Source: Pirellula staleyi DSM 6068 | GTDB lineage: Bacteria > Planctomycetota > Planctomycetia > Pirellulales > Pirellulaceae | Assembly: GCA_000025185.1 (NCBI GenBank) | Contig: CP001848.1 | Coordinates: forward strand, 3,960,001-3,992,000 | Length of the DNA stretch: 32,000 nucleotides | Direction of reading: 5' to 3' | Shown here: piece by piece, positions 1 to 8,905 of the stretch | Layout of the letters: every line of letters begins with the position of its first letter | How positions within the stretch are numbered: position 1 is the stretch's first letter | Position numbers and translations under genes: made by a program | Notes under the pieces: model-generated | Told to the model about the DNA's origin: nothing | What the model saw: only the letters and a program-made list of their open reading frames with translations | Databases searched by the model: none

Positions 1-3000
1 AATGTTGTTGCCACGGGAACCATCGTTCGGCAAAACTACAGCGATGCGGTTACCGCTCTTTCGCCACTCAACTACTGGCGTCTCAATGATGCCGTGCTTC
101 CCACCGCTCTCGACGAGATGGGGACTCGTAACGGCACCTATGTCAATGTTCCTGCAGGCAACCTCAACCGCCCCGGCGCTTTTCCTGGCGATTTGAACAA
201 CTCGGTGCAATTCAACACCAGCGGAACGTTTGCGAATCAAAATCGCTATGTTTCGATTCCTAGCGACGCTGCTCTCAACGCCACTCTGCAAGGCAACTAC
301 ACCGCGCAGATGTGGATCTATAAAGATGGTGAATCGGCCGACTGGCAACGATTGTTTGGAAAAGGTTTCGATCCCACTCGCACGTTTGGTCTCTTCGAAG
401 AGGCTGGCGCACCTGGGCGCATTTTGTTCCAGGTCTACACATCGGGGGGCAATGTCAACCTAAACAGCACCGAGTCGCTTGCTGTGGGGCAGTGGCATCA
501 CGTTGCAGTGACCAAAGATGGGAGCACCATTTCGCTCTACATCAACGGTAACCTCAGCGCGAGTACCACTTTGCCCGGCGTACCCGTGGTCGATGCAAGT
601 CCGCTCACCATCGGCAAAGCTGCAACGATTCATCAAGACTTCCCTGGTCGCATCGATGAGGTTGCTCTCTATGGATCGGCCCTCACCCGCGCTCAAATCG
701 CCTCGCTCTATGCCGCAGGCGCTCCTGTCTACGCCAATGGTCTCACCAAGACTGGGGCTGGCACACTCACACTCACTGCAAACAACCAGTACATCGGTGC
801 CACGTCGGTGCTTGATGGGACTTTGCTGGTGAATAACGTGGCGGGATCGGGGACGGGGAGTGGTAACGTCACTGCTAGTGGCGATGCTGTCGTTGGTGGA
901 ACAGGCGCTATCAGCGGCGCTCTGCTGATGACCGGAGTTTCCACCCTCTCGCCAGGCGCAAGCCCCGAGACTCTTGCTACCGGCAATTTGTCGCTTGGCA
1001 GTGGCACCACTTTCCTGGTGGAAATCGGTGGCACATCGCCGGGCAATGGCACCACGGGCTACGATCAAGTGAATGTCACCGGAACTGTGACCATCGCCAG
1101 TGGCGTGACGCTCGATCTGGACCAACTGCTTGCTTACAACGTCAGCAGCGCCTCGCTCACGAGCTTCACGATCATCAGCAACGATGGCACCGATGCTGTT
1201 GCCGGAACCTTTAGCGGGCTCGCTGAAGGTGCCAGCCTTAGCTACGCCGGTGGAACGCTCTACATCAGCTACGCTGGCGGTGATGGAAACGATGTCGTGC
1301 TGAGTAGTCAGCCGCTGATGCAAGGGACGTCGCTCGACGACACCTTCGTTGTCACCGGCGCGGGGAACATCTACACCGTCACCCGCACGAACTCGCTGGG
1401 CATAGTGACCGCGACCTACACCAATCCACCGGCCGGCATTTTGAATATTCTAGGCTCAGGTGGCGACGATACGCTGATTGTCGACAGCACGGGAACCAGC
1501 ACCGATCCGATCCCCTCGGGCGGTATCAACTACGACGGTCAATCGCAGACCATGAGTCTGCTGGGGGACATGCTCAGCATGCGTGGAACCACCGGTCAGG
1601 TAGCAACCTACCTGCCAAGCAGTTCCACACCTGGCGCTGGAACGATCACGATCGAAGACACGCTCGGGGCACCGCTGGGCGTGGTCACTTTCACGGGACT
1701 TGAGCCGGTAGATATCTCGGGATTTGCCGTTGCCAACGTCAATTTTCCGAATGCCAACGATGTCGTGGATATCATCAATGGCTTCGATGCAGCCACCGGC
1801 CTCACACCCGCGCTCATCGTAAGTGGCAACAGTGGTGGTGTAGCGTTCGAGCAGGTCCACCTCTTTAGCAACGTGCTGGTGAATATCAACACCTTTGATG
1901 GAGGCGGAAGCGACGGCGTCGATTCGGTCACCATCACGAGTGGTGCGAATGCGCATGCGAATGCGAACATCACGATTGATACGGGAGTGGGGGCCGATAC
2001 GATCGAAGTGGATGGTCCGCTGATGGTTGGCGCTGGTGGTGCGATCAGCTTGACCTCAGGTGGTTCGATCAGCGTGAACAACACGATCACCGCCGGACTT
2101 GCTGTGACCCTCACCGCGCTCACCGGCTCGATCTCCGACGGCAACGGCGCGAGTGTAAACGTCGCGACCGGTCTGCTGGTCGCGCAGGCTGCCACCGGTG
2201 TGGCAAACGCCATCGATCTCGACACCACCATCACGTCGCTGATCGTTTCCACGACCGGCGCAACCAATGGCAACATCAACATCAACGAGACCAGCGGCCT
2301 CGCAGTCTCGTCCGCAACGACCGTGAATGGCAACATCACACTCACTGCTGCCAGTGGCGACATCGCCGTCACCACCATCACGGCCGTAGGCGATGCGACG
2401 CTGGTGGCGACGACGGGGGCGATTACGGATGCGAATGCAGGTGTGCTCAATCTGTCGGCGAACAACCTGAGCGCGACGAGCGCGACAGGGATCGATCTCG
2501 ATACGAGCATCGCTACGCTCACCGCCAGCGTCACTGGCACCGGCGCGATCGACATCGATGAAGCGAGCGCCATCACGCTCACAAGCATCACGACCAACAA
2601 CGGTCTCGTCGACATCACCTCGGCGACCGGCACGATGACCGTCACGAGCATCAATGCCGCCGGCGCGGTGAACCTCGCGGTGACCGATACCGGCGCTGCC
2701 GACGACGACATCATCGTCAGTGGCACACTCAGCTCGACGAGCAATGTGGTGCTGCTGGCAGGTGACGATGCGACCCTCAGCGGCACGATCAGCGCGACGG
2801 GAACCGTCAGCGTGACGATTGATGCGGCGAGTGCGGATGTGGGTGGCGCGACGCTGAGCTTTGCAGGGGATATCGACGCGGTGAGCGCGACGTTCACCGG
2901 CGGCGCAGAGATCGATACGTTCAACGTCCGGCCCGATCAAGACAATGGTCTCGCGAGCACACCGATCAGCATTTTTGGTGGCGATCCGACGGTGCCTGCG

Positions 3001-5649
3001 GGCGATCTTTTGGTGCTCGATATTACGGGACTCGGCGTGCCGACATTGACGCTCGGCGCAGTCGACTACAGCGGCGTTTGGTCGTTCGGCGCGTCGGCGG
3101 CAGGGGTTGCGTATAGCTCGATTGAAACGGTGCAAACGACGCCGCTGACGTCGGTCTACAACCTCGTGCTCGACATGCGAATCGCCGGCTTCCAGAACGG
3201 CGCGGCCGACGCGATCGAGATCTTCCTGAGTGCACCGAACGTGTTCGAAGTCGAGGTGAATGGCCTCGGCAAGTTCAGTGGCCAGGCCGATACGATCAAC
3301 AGCTTCACGGTGATCGGTAGCAGCGATAGTGAGTCGCTGACGATTCGCGAAACAGCAGCGGGACTCCCGAGCTTCGACGGCGCTGCGCCGCTGGTCGACA
3401 ACAGCCTCGCGTCGGGTGGTGTGAGCAATGGCGCGCACTTGAATATAGCCGCCGATGCTTACTACACCGCGAGCAATCTGACCGATGTGACGATCCACTT
3501 CGATGGCGGACTCGGCGATAACAGCCTCGCGCTCGAGCTCCTTACTGCCGCTGATGTCGGTTACTTCAGCGACGTCCTCGATGGTCAAGGAAGTGGCAAC
3601 GTCGGTGTGGGGCCGAGTGGCGCGCCGCTGACCCTCGTCAGCTTCGCCGACCTCGACACGCTCATCCTCGACGGCGCTGGTGGCAACCTCGTCGTCGATG
3701 CTTCGAGCAGCACGAGCACTGCCGATATCGAGATCAGCGACGATGGTGCAGCAGCTGATGGCGTGACCGAGATCACCGCCGATACGGGTCTCGTCGCGAC
3801 GACCACCTTCGAAGGTTTCCTCGCGCTCGACCTCATCGCGGGTGGCGGCAACGAAGCGATTGATCTGGTGAACATCGACAGCACGTCGAGCCTCACGAGC
3901 ATCGATATCGTGGCTGGTTCGTCGCTCGCGGCGACCGACAACAGCGCTCACACGGTTCGCATCCACGCGATCAAGAGTGGCGTGCCCGTGACGGTAACGG
4001 GCGACATCGGGGTCGACACGTTCCAGGTGTTTGACAGCGGGAATTCCGCATCGAACATCGCCTCGACTCTGTCGTTCAATGGCGTTGCCGGGGACGACGA
4101 CTCGCTGATCGTCGTCGACAGCGGAAGTGTGTCGGCCGACTCCGTCGTCATCACGCGCACCACGATCGAAGGGCTCACGATCGCGTCGGGAATCGACATC
4201 ACGTTCACGAGCATCGACGATCTCGATGTCACCACGTCGGGCGGCGCCGATACGATCCGCGTCAACATGACCGAAGCGGCCAACGACCTTGATACCGCCG
4301 TCGTCACCGGTGCCGGAGACAACGATCAGTTCTACGTCAACGCAGCTGACTTCCTCGCACGGCTCACCCTCAACGGTGGTCTTGGCGACGACACCTTCGG
4401 CGGCACACCATCGAGCACCGCGCCTGGCTATCTGCTGAGCGCCAGTGAACTCGACGGCGTCGATGACATGATTCGCCCGAGCCTCACGACCCCCTTCTTC
4501 ATCAACGGCAACGATCCCTCGGTGCTGCCGGGCGATGTGCTGAACATCGATGTCTCGGCGCTCGGCGGTGGACTCGCCGCGACGAGCCCCGTGCTCGTGA
4601 GCAGCGGACAAGTGTTGAGCTCGACGCACGCGACCGTCACCTTCACCACGATCGAAGATCTCAACTTGGCCGACGATGGCGAGATGACGAGCGCCACGAT
4701 CAATGACATCTACATCCGCGGCACCAATGGCAATGACACGATTCAGTTCGCTCGCGCCAACACGACGCTTGAACCCAGCCGCACTCGCGTGCAGATCGGC
4801 TCGAGCTACACGTACCACAACGTCCCTGGCAAGACGCTCGTCTACGGCCGCGGCGGCAACGACATCATCAACCAATCGAACCTGCAGATTCCGGCGGAAT
4901 TCTACGGTGAAGCAGGGGATGACTTCCTCACCGGCAGCTTCAATAACGACCTCTTGGTCGGTGGTCTCGGTAACGACCGCATCAACGCCAGCAGCGGTAA
5001 CAACATCGTCTGGGGCGATGATGCTCCAACGAGCGACGAGCTCAATCCGCACGAGCTCAACATCGGTGGCAACGATACGCTGAGCGCGCTCGGCGGCAAC
5101 GACATCTTCTACGCCGGTGGCGGCAACGATAGTGTGAGCCCAGGTGCGGGTGACGACTGGATCCACGGTGGCTACGGCAACGATCAGCTGAGTGGCAGCT
5201 CGGGCAACGACCGCATTTACGGCGCTCAAGGGAACGACACGATCAGCGGCGATGTCGGCGACGACTTCCTGAGCGGCGGCGATGGCGACGATCGGCTGTA
5301 CGGCCGCGATGGCAACGACGTACTGATCGGCGGCGACGGCGTTGATCTGGTCGACGGCGGCAACGGCAACGACCTGGTGCTCGCGGCGATCACCACTTAC
5401 CAAGGGACGAGCGACACGGCGACGAGCAACACGTATAGCAGCGCGGTCGATGCCGCGATGCTCGCGCTGCTGGTGGCCTGGAACAGCGGCGGCCCGGTCG
5501 CCCCGAATCTCACCCACACCGACGACCTCGACCGCGACACCGTTTACGGTGGCAGCGGCAACGATCTCTTCGGCACCCACACCAATGCCGACCCCCTCAC
5601 CAGCGACATCCGCGGCGACTTCAACAACTCCCAAGACACCAGCCTCTAA
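1..5649 (+). CDS. Giant secreted surface protein (5' partial): LamG domain, autotransporter-associated beta-strand repeat region, long beta-helix-like T/S/A/G/D-rich region, C-terminal RTX calcium-binding repeats
   Basis: Frame 1 has no stop from nt 1. The ORF track only begins at the GTG at 94, and the upstream residues (..LNYWRLNDAVLPTALDEMG) read like the start of a LamG_3 domain, so the gene probably starts left of the window. LamG signature: GQWHHVAVTKDGSTISLYINGNL...FPGRIDEVALYGSALT. PATR-type repeat: GLTKTGAGTLTLTANNQYIGATSVLDGTLLVNN, ending ...LYISYAGGDGNDVVL. C-terminal GGxGxD nonapeptide array. Stop TAA at 5647-5649. Confidence 0.85.
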   Translation, partial: NVVATGTIVRQNYSDAVTALSPLNYWRLNDAVLPTALDEMGTRNGTYVNVPAGNLNRPGAFPGDLNNSVQFNTSGTFANQNRYVSIPSDAALNATLQGNYTAQMWIYKDGESADWQRLFGKGFDPTRTFGLFEEAGAPGRILFQVYTSGGNVNLNSTESLAVGQWHHVAVTKDGSTISLYINGNLSASTTLPGVPVVDASPLTIGKAATIHQDFPGRIDEVALYGSALTRAQIASLYAAGAPVYANGLTKTGAGTLTLTANNQYIGATSVLDGTLLVNNVAGSGTGSGNVTASGDAVVGGTGAISGALLMTGVSTLSPGASPETLATGNLSLGSGTTFLVEIGGTSPGNGTTGYDQVNVTGTVTIASGVTLDLDQLLAYNVSSASLTSFTIISNDGTDAVAGTFSGLAEGASLSYAGGTLYISYAGGDGNDVVLSSQPLMQGTSLDDTFVVTGAGNIYTVTRTNSLGIVTATYTNPPAGILNILGSGGDDTLIVDSTGTSTDPIPSGGINYDGQSQTMSLLGDMLSMRGTTGQVATYLPSSSTPGAGTITIEDTLGAPLGVVTFTGLEPVDISGFAVANVNFPNANDVVDIINGFDAATGLTPALIVSGNSGGVAFEQVHLFSNVLVNINTFDGGGSDGVDSVTITSGANAHANANITIDTGVGADTIEVDGPLMVGAGGAISLTSGGSISVNNTITAGLAVTLTALTGSISDGNGASVNVATGLLVAQAATGVANAIDLDTTITSLIVSTTGATNGNININETSGLAVSSATTVNGNITLTAASGDIAVTTITAVGDATLVATTGAITDANAGVLNLSANNLSATSATGIDLDTSIATLTASVTGTGAIDIDEASAITLTSITTNNGLVDITSATGTMTVTSINAAGAVNLAVTDTGAADDDIIVSGTLSSTSNVVLLAGDDATLSGTISATGTVSVTIDAASADVGGATLSFAGDIDAVSATFTGGAEIDTFNVRPDQDNGLASTPISIFGGDPTVPAGDLLVLDITGLGVPTLTLGAVDYSGVWSFGASAAGVAYSSIETVQTTPLTSVYNLVLDMRIAGFQNGAADAIEIFLSAPNVFEVEVNGLGKFSGQADTINSFTVIGSSDSESLTIRETAAGLPSFDGAAPLVDNSLASGGVSNGAHLNIAADAYYTASNLTDVTIHFDGGLGDNSLALELLTAADVGYFSDVLDGQGSGNVGVGPSGAPLTLVSFADLDTLILDGAGGNLVVDASSSTSTADIEISDDGAAADGVTEITADTGLVATTTFEGFLALDLIAGGGNEAIDLVNIDSTSSLTSIDIVAGSSLAATDNSAHTVRIHAIKSGVPVTVTGDIGVDTFQVFDSGNSASNIASTLSFNGVAGDDDSLIVVDSGSVSADSVVITRTTIEGLTIASGIDITFTSIDDLDVTTSGGADTIRVNMTEAANDLDTAVVTGAGDNDQFYVNAADFLARLTLNGGLGDDTFGGTPSSTAPGYLLSASELDGVDDMIRPSLTTPFFINGNDPSVLPGDVLNIDVSALGGGLAATSPVLVSSGQVLSSTHATVTFTTIEDLNLADDGEMTSATINDIYIRGTNGNDTIQFARANTTLEPSRTRVQIGSSYTYHNVPGKTLVYGRGGNDIINQSNLQIPAEFYGEAGDDFLTGSFNNDLLVGGLGNDRINASSGNNIVWGDDAPTSDELNPHELNIGGNDTLSALGGNDIFYAGGGNDSVSPGAGDDWIHGGYGNDQLSGSSGNDRIYGAQGNDTISGDVGDDFLSGGDGDDRLYGRDGNDVLIGGDGVDLVDGGNGNDLVLAAITTYQGTSDTATSNTYSSAVDAAMLALLVAWNSGGPVAPNLTHTDDLDRDTVYGGSGNDLFGTHTNADPLTSDIRGDFNNSQDTSL
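4846..5382 (+). repeat. RTX / hemolysin-type calcium-binding nonapeptide repeat array (179 aa) inside the giant protein
   Basis: Runs of GGNDxL/GxGNDxI units: GGLGNDRINASSGNN, GGNDTLSALGGNDIFYAGGGNDSVSPGAGDDWIHGGYGNDQLSGSSGNDRIYGAQGNDTISGDVGDDFLSGGDGDDRLYGRDGNDVLIGGDGVDLVDGGNGNDLVL. Coordinates were derived by counting residues back from the stop codon. Confidence 0.85.
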
Positions 5650-5793
5650 AGCAGCCAGGGACCAGAGGCCAGGGGCCAGAGAAGGCCTGAGACCAGAGGC
5701 GAGAGGTGAGAGAAAGCAAGAGACTAGGATCTAGAGACTAGGGTCTAGCCAAAGTCGGAGCAGGCTGAAGCAGCTGAAGAAGAGCAGCAAAAT

Positions 5794-5817
5794 CGAGCAG
5801 CCAAAGGTGGCTGCTCG
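5794..5817. terminator. Hairpin between the convergent giant gene and cheX; possible bidirectional terminator
   Basis: Perfect 9-bp stem CGAGCAGCC (5794-5802) / GGCTGCTCG (5809-5817) with a 6-nt loop. On the minus strand it is followed by ATTTTG. No long U-tract on either strand, so support is weak. Confidence 0.4.
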
Positions 5818-5852
5818 GGGGACAGTTTGGATTAACGTCGCTCGGCGGGTGA

Positions 5853-6296
5853 TTACTGCTCGTGAAGTGTGATTCGGAGCAATTCGTCGCGGCAGATGAA
5901 GGTCTTTTGCACGAGAACTTTCGCATCTGCAGTCGATGATTCCGTGGTAGTTGTTGAGGCCATCGTGGGGAGCGAGAGATAAGATGGCGAGGTGAGCAGG
6001 CTTTTGATGTTCCCTCCCACCATGTTTGTGATTTCAGCAAGTGCATCGTTCAGATCGACTTCAGTGACGTCGTTGCTCTCGAGCCCAAGCATGCCACCTG
6101 CCATTTCGCGGGCTAGCCCCAGCGTCGACTCGACAGTCACGGTCCCTTTCCAAGCGCCATTGATGGCGATCTGCGATGCAAGTTGCTCACCTGTGCCCTC
6201 CAGAGGTGCTGCGTCAATCGCTGCAACCTCAAAGTTCAGCATCGTCTTCAAGACATTCTCGGTAATTGCGATGACGTCTTCAGTTTGAACGGTCAT
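5853..6296 (-). CDS. cheX: CheX-family chemotaxis phosphatase (CheY-P phosphatase)
   Basis: 147-aa acidic ORF with ATG at 6296. CheX-like motif ...LNDALAEITNMVGGNIKSLL.... Last gene of the che operon, 41 nt downstream of cheR. Confidence 0.75.
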   Translation of the reverse strand: MTVQTEDVIAITENVLKTMLNFEVAAIDAAPLEGTGEQLASQIAINGAWKGTVTVESTLGLAREMAGGMLGLESNDVTEVDLNDALAEITNMVGGNIKSLLTSPSYLSLPTMASTTTTESSTADAKVLVQKTFICRDELLRITLHEQ

Positions 6297-6337
6297 GTTG
6301 GCCTCGTTGGATCGTTGGATGATGCGGAGAGATGCAG

Positions 6338-7201
6338 CTATTTCTTTGTCGTGTCGAGCACATAGCAGACAGCTTTGCCGACTTGATTGCGAATAAAGCT
6401 GGTATCGAGATTCATTGTTGTCTCGGCACCGCCGAGGAAGAGATAGCCGTCGGTGTGCAGAACGTTGCGAACCTTGCCGAGAATGGTTTTCTTCGTCTCG
6501 GGTGAGAAGTAGATCAGCACATTACGCAGAAAAACGATGTCCATCTTGGGTAGGGATGAAGGCCATGTTTCCACGAGATTTACCTCGCTAAACTCGACCA
6601 TGTTCCGGATCTCGTCTTTGATGCGCCACTGCACCCCTTCACGCTGGAAATATTTCACCAGCAAGTTGGCAGGAAGTCCGCGGTTCACTTCTGTTTGATT
6701 GAAGAGTCCGCTACGTGCGCGAGCGAGAATCTGGCTCGATAGATCGCTGCCGATGATCCGAATGTTCCAGCCCGCAATCGCGGGGAAATGCTCGCGTAAG
6801 ATCATGGCGATCGTGTAAGGCTCTTGTCCGCTTGAACAAGCGTTCGACCAAATTGTCAGCGTCCGTTCTCGCGAGCGACGTGCGATTAACTCGGGGAGCA
6901 GTTGCGATTTGAGTGCTTCAAACGGGTGAATATCGCGAAAGAAGCTTGTTTCATTCGTCGTCATGGCTTCGACGACTTGACGCGATAAATCTTGCTTCCC
7001 CGGACGACGCATCTCGGCTACGAGTTCCCGTAGCGATGCAAGTCCTCGTTCACGTGCGATTGGTGCGAGTCGCGATTCGACGAGATACGCTTTGCTCGGT
7101 TCAATCTCAATCGCTGACTTCGTTCGGACCAGATTGCAAACAAACCCAAACGAATCGCTATCGAGCGAAGTGGCTGGGCTTAGAGTGGCAGCTGAGCTCA
7201 T
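6338..7201 (-). CDS. cheR: Chemotaxis protein-glutamate O-methyltransferase CheR
   Basis: 287 aa. CheR motifs TSFFRDIHPFEAL, IWSNACSSGQEPYTIAMIL (SAM-binding) and DIVFLRNVLIYF. Starts 4 nt after the cheB stop. Confidence 0.9.
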   Translation of the reverse strand: MSSAATLSPATSLDSDSFGFVCNLVRTKSAIEIEPSKAYLVESRLAPIARERGLASLRELVAEMRRPGKQDLSRQVVEAMTTNETSFFRDIHPFEALKSQLLPELIARRSRERTLTIWSNACSSGQEPYTIAMILREHFPAIAGWNIRIIGSDLSSQILARARSGLFNQTEVNRGLPANLLVKYFQREGVQWRIKDEIRNMVEFSEVNLVETWPSSLPKMDIVFLRNVLIYFSPETKKTILGKVRNVLHTDGYLFLGGAETTMNLDTSFIRNQVGKAVCYVLDTTKK

Positions 7202-7205
7202 CGGA

Positions 7206-8309
7206 TTAAACTCCTACTTCTTTAGTGAGGGCCCGAAGAGGGCGACCATGTTGCGTCAGCTGAACAAGTTTGTCAGCAATTCCATCGAGCGGCATCACGT
7301 GATTCGCGAGACCTGCTCGCGAAACAGCCGCTGGCATTCCCCAAACGACAGATGTGGCTTCGTCCTGAATTAGGACTGTTCCACCGACATCGCGCACAGC
7401 TTCACAGCCGCGCAAACCATCTTGTCCCATCCCAGTCATCACGACGGCGAGTGTGCTCGCGCCGTAGATCTCAGCTACCGAGCGGAAGAGGACATCGACC
7501 GCTGGTCGACAGGAATTCTCAGGAGGACCTTGTTGCACCTGCAAGCGAACCGTTGACAGGAACCGTTCGAGAACAAGGTGATAGTCTCCCGGTGCAATCC
7601 AAACACCACCCGCTTGAATCACATCACCCGCTTTGGCCTCTTGCACTCGGAGTTTGCAGGTCTGATTCAATCGATCAGCCAGATGCTTCGTGAAAATCGG
7701 TGGCATGTGCTGAACGAGAACAATCGGTACCGGAAATGTTTCAGGAATCGTGGAAAGCACTTTAAGCAGGGCGTTGGGGCCCCCGGTCGAGACTCCGATG
7801 GTGACGATGTTGATCCGCGTAGGGACAGCGCTTCGTGAAAGCTGATTCGTCGAATTGATGCGACGAACTGTCGGTGGCGCAGCGACAACAACTGGCTTGT
7901 TCCATGGACAAAGTGCTTTGATCTTGGGAATCAACTCATTGCGAACATTCTGCAGGGCTGCTGTTACGCTACCAACGTTGGCCGGTTTTGTGACGTAGTC
8001 GTTGGCGCCTTTGGAAAGGGCATCGAGCGTGCTTTCCGCGCCCCGTTGTGTCAGCGTACTGAACATGACGACTGGCAGCTTGGGATAGATCTTACGCAGC
8101 TCAACGAGTGTAGAAATGCCGTCCATTTCAGGCATTTCCATGTCGAGTGTGACCAGGTCGGGATTCACTTGCGGGATCTTCGCGAGGGCGATCTTCCCAT
8201 TGGGAGCCGTTCCCGCGACCTCCAACTCAGCATCGCTTGCCAGTGCATCCGACAGCAGTCGCCGAATCACGGTTGAGTCATCAACGATGAGAATGCGAAT
8301 TCTGCGCAT
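7206..8309 (-). CDS. cheB: Chemotaxis response regulator protein-glutamate methylesterase CheB
   Basis: REC domain (ILIVDDS, DLVTLDMEMPEMDG) plus an esterase domain with Ser (GVSTGGP), His (LVQHMPP) and Asp (TGMGQDG). The ORF track starts at GTG 8321. I prefer the ATG at 8309 (MRRIRILIVDD), which lies 2 nt after the cheY stop. Confidence 0.9.
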   Translation of the reverse strand: MRRIRILIVDDSTVIRRLLSDALASDAELEVAGTAPNGKIALAKIPQVNPDLVTLDMEMPEMDGISTLVELRKIYPKLPVVMFSTLTQRGAESTLDALSKGANDYVTKPANVGSVTAALQNVRNELIPKIKALCPWNKPVVVAAPPTVRRINSTNQLSRSAVPTRINIVTIGVSTGGPNALLKVLSTIPETFPVPIVLVQHMPPIFTKHLADRLNQTCKLRVQEAKAGDVIQAGGVWIAPGDYHLVLERFLSTVRLQVQQGPPENSCRPAVDVLFRSVAEIYGASTLAVVMTGMGQDGLRGCEAVRDVGGTVLIQDEATSVVWGMPAAVSRAGLANHVMPLDGIADKLVQLTQHGRPLRALTKEVGV

Positions 8310-8311
8310 GA

Positions 8312-8683
8312 CTAGATGCACCCCATTCCCACCATTTGCAATTTTTCTTCGATCGCCACGCGATCGAAAGGTTTCATTACATACTCGTTGACACCTTCGG
8401 TGAGCGCTTGCGATACGCGGTCCATTTCAGTTTCGGTTGTAACCATGATGATCGGCATCGCTGCGAATGCTGGATTGGCTCGCACCGAACGAACAAAGGT
8501 CAGTCCATCCATAACCGGCATGTTCCAGTCGACGAAGGCAACATCCACTGCCCCATGCAACTGCAGATGGTCGAGCGCTTCACGTCCGTTGCCCGCTTCC
8601 GCAACTTCGTACTGCAATTCCCGCATGATATTGCACATGATGCGGCGTATCGTTCGTGAATCATCGATAACTAGAGCTCGCAC
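8312..8683 (-). CDS. cheY: Single-domain response regulator CheY
   Basis: 123-aa REC domain: LVIDDSRT, VAFVDWNMPVMDG, IIMVTTE, KPF. GTG start at 8683 with AAGGA about 8 nt upstream. Confidence 0.85.
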   Translation of the reverse strand: MRALVIDDSRTIRRIMCNIMRELQYEVAEAGNGREALDHLQLHGAVDVAFVDWNMPVMDGLTFVRSVRANPAFAAMPIIMVTTETEMDRVSQALTEGVNEYVMKPFDRVAIEEKLQMVGMGCI

Positions 8684-8723
8684 GGTTGTTTCCTTCGAGA
8701 ACAGAGTTGGCTTTGTCGCGGTG

Positions 8724-8757
8724 AAAAAAATGGCGTCGATAGAGACCCCGACTCGCC
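8724..8757 (-). terminator. Terminator-like hairpin plus U7 tract upstream of cheY
   Basis: Minus-strand RNA reads GGCGAGUCG-GGGUCUCUAU-CGACGCC: 7 bp with a 2-nt bulge, followed by A then UUUUUUU (plus-strand A-run 8724-8730). The stem is weak, so this could be an attenuator rather than a full terminator. Confidence 0.35.
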
Positions 8758-8840
8758 GTTTGCCCAGAACGACGAGCCAAAGGCCTCTATCGACACCTGC
8801 CCAAAAAATGAAGTCGAGTGACCTCAGCCAGATGTATTGC

Positions 8841-8889
8841 GTGTAGTGTCGAGATCATCGCTTGCTTGCGACGATCTCTATCGCTACAC
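8841..8889 (-). other. Long imperfect hairpin 17 nt downstream of the mcp stop codon
   Basis: Inner stem GAGAUCGUCGC / GCGAUGAUCUC (11 bp, one G-U) with loop AAGCAA. Outer stem GUGUAG / CUACAC (6 bp) across an internal loop. Read directly from the sequence. Confidence 0.45.
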
Positions 8890-8905
8890 GTCTTTGTGAC
8901 TGGCA

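Noticed and set aside
2056-5634. 1192-aa ORF antisense to the giant gene. The antisense or overlapping ORFs at 1608-2924, 460-1323, 3585-3941, 3948-4322 and others fall in the same class.
   Set aside because: The translation is Arg/Ala/Val/Asp/Gly low-complexity with no recognisable motif. It lies exactly antisense to a frame with strong LamG/PATR/RTX signatures. GC-rich repetitive coding sequence commonly lacks stop codons in antisense frames.
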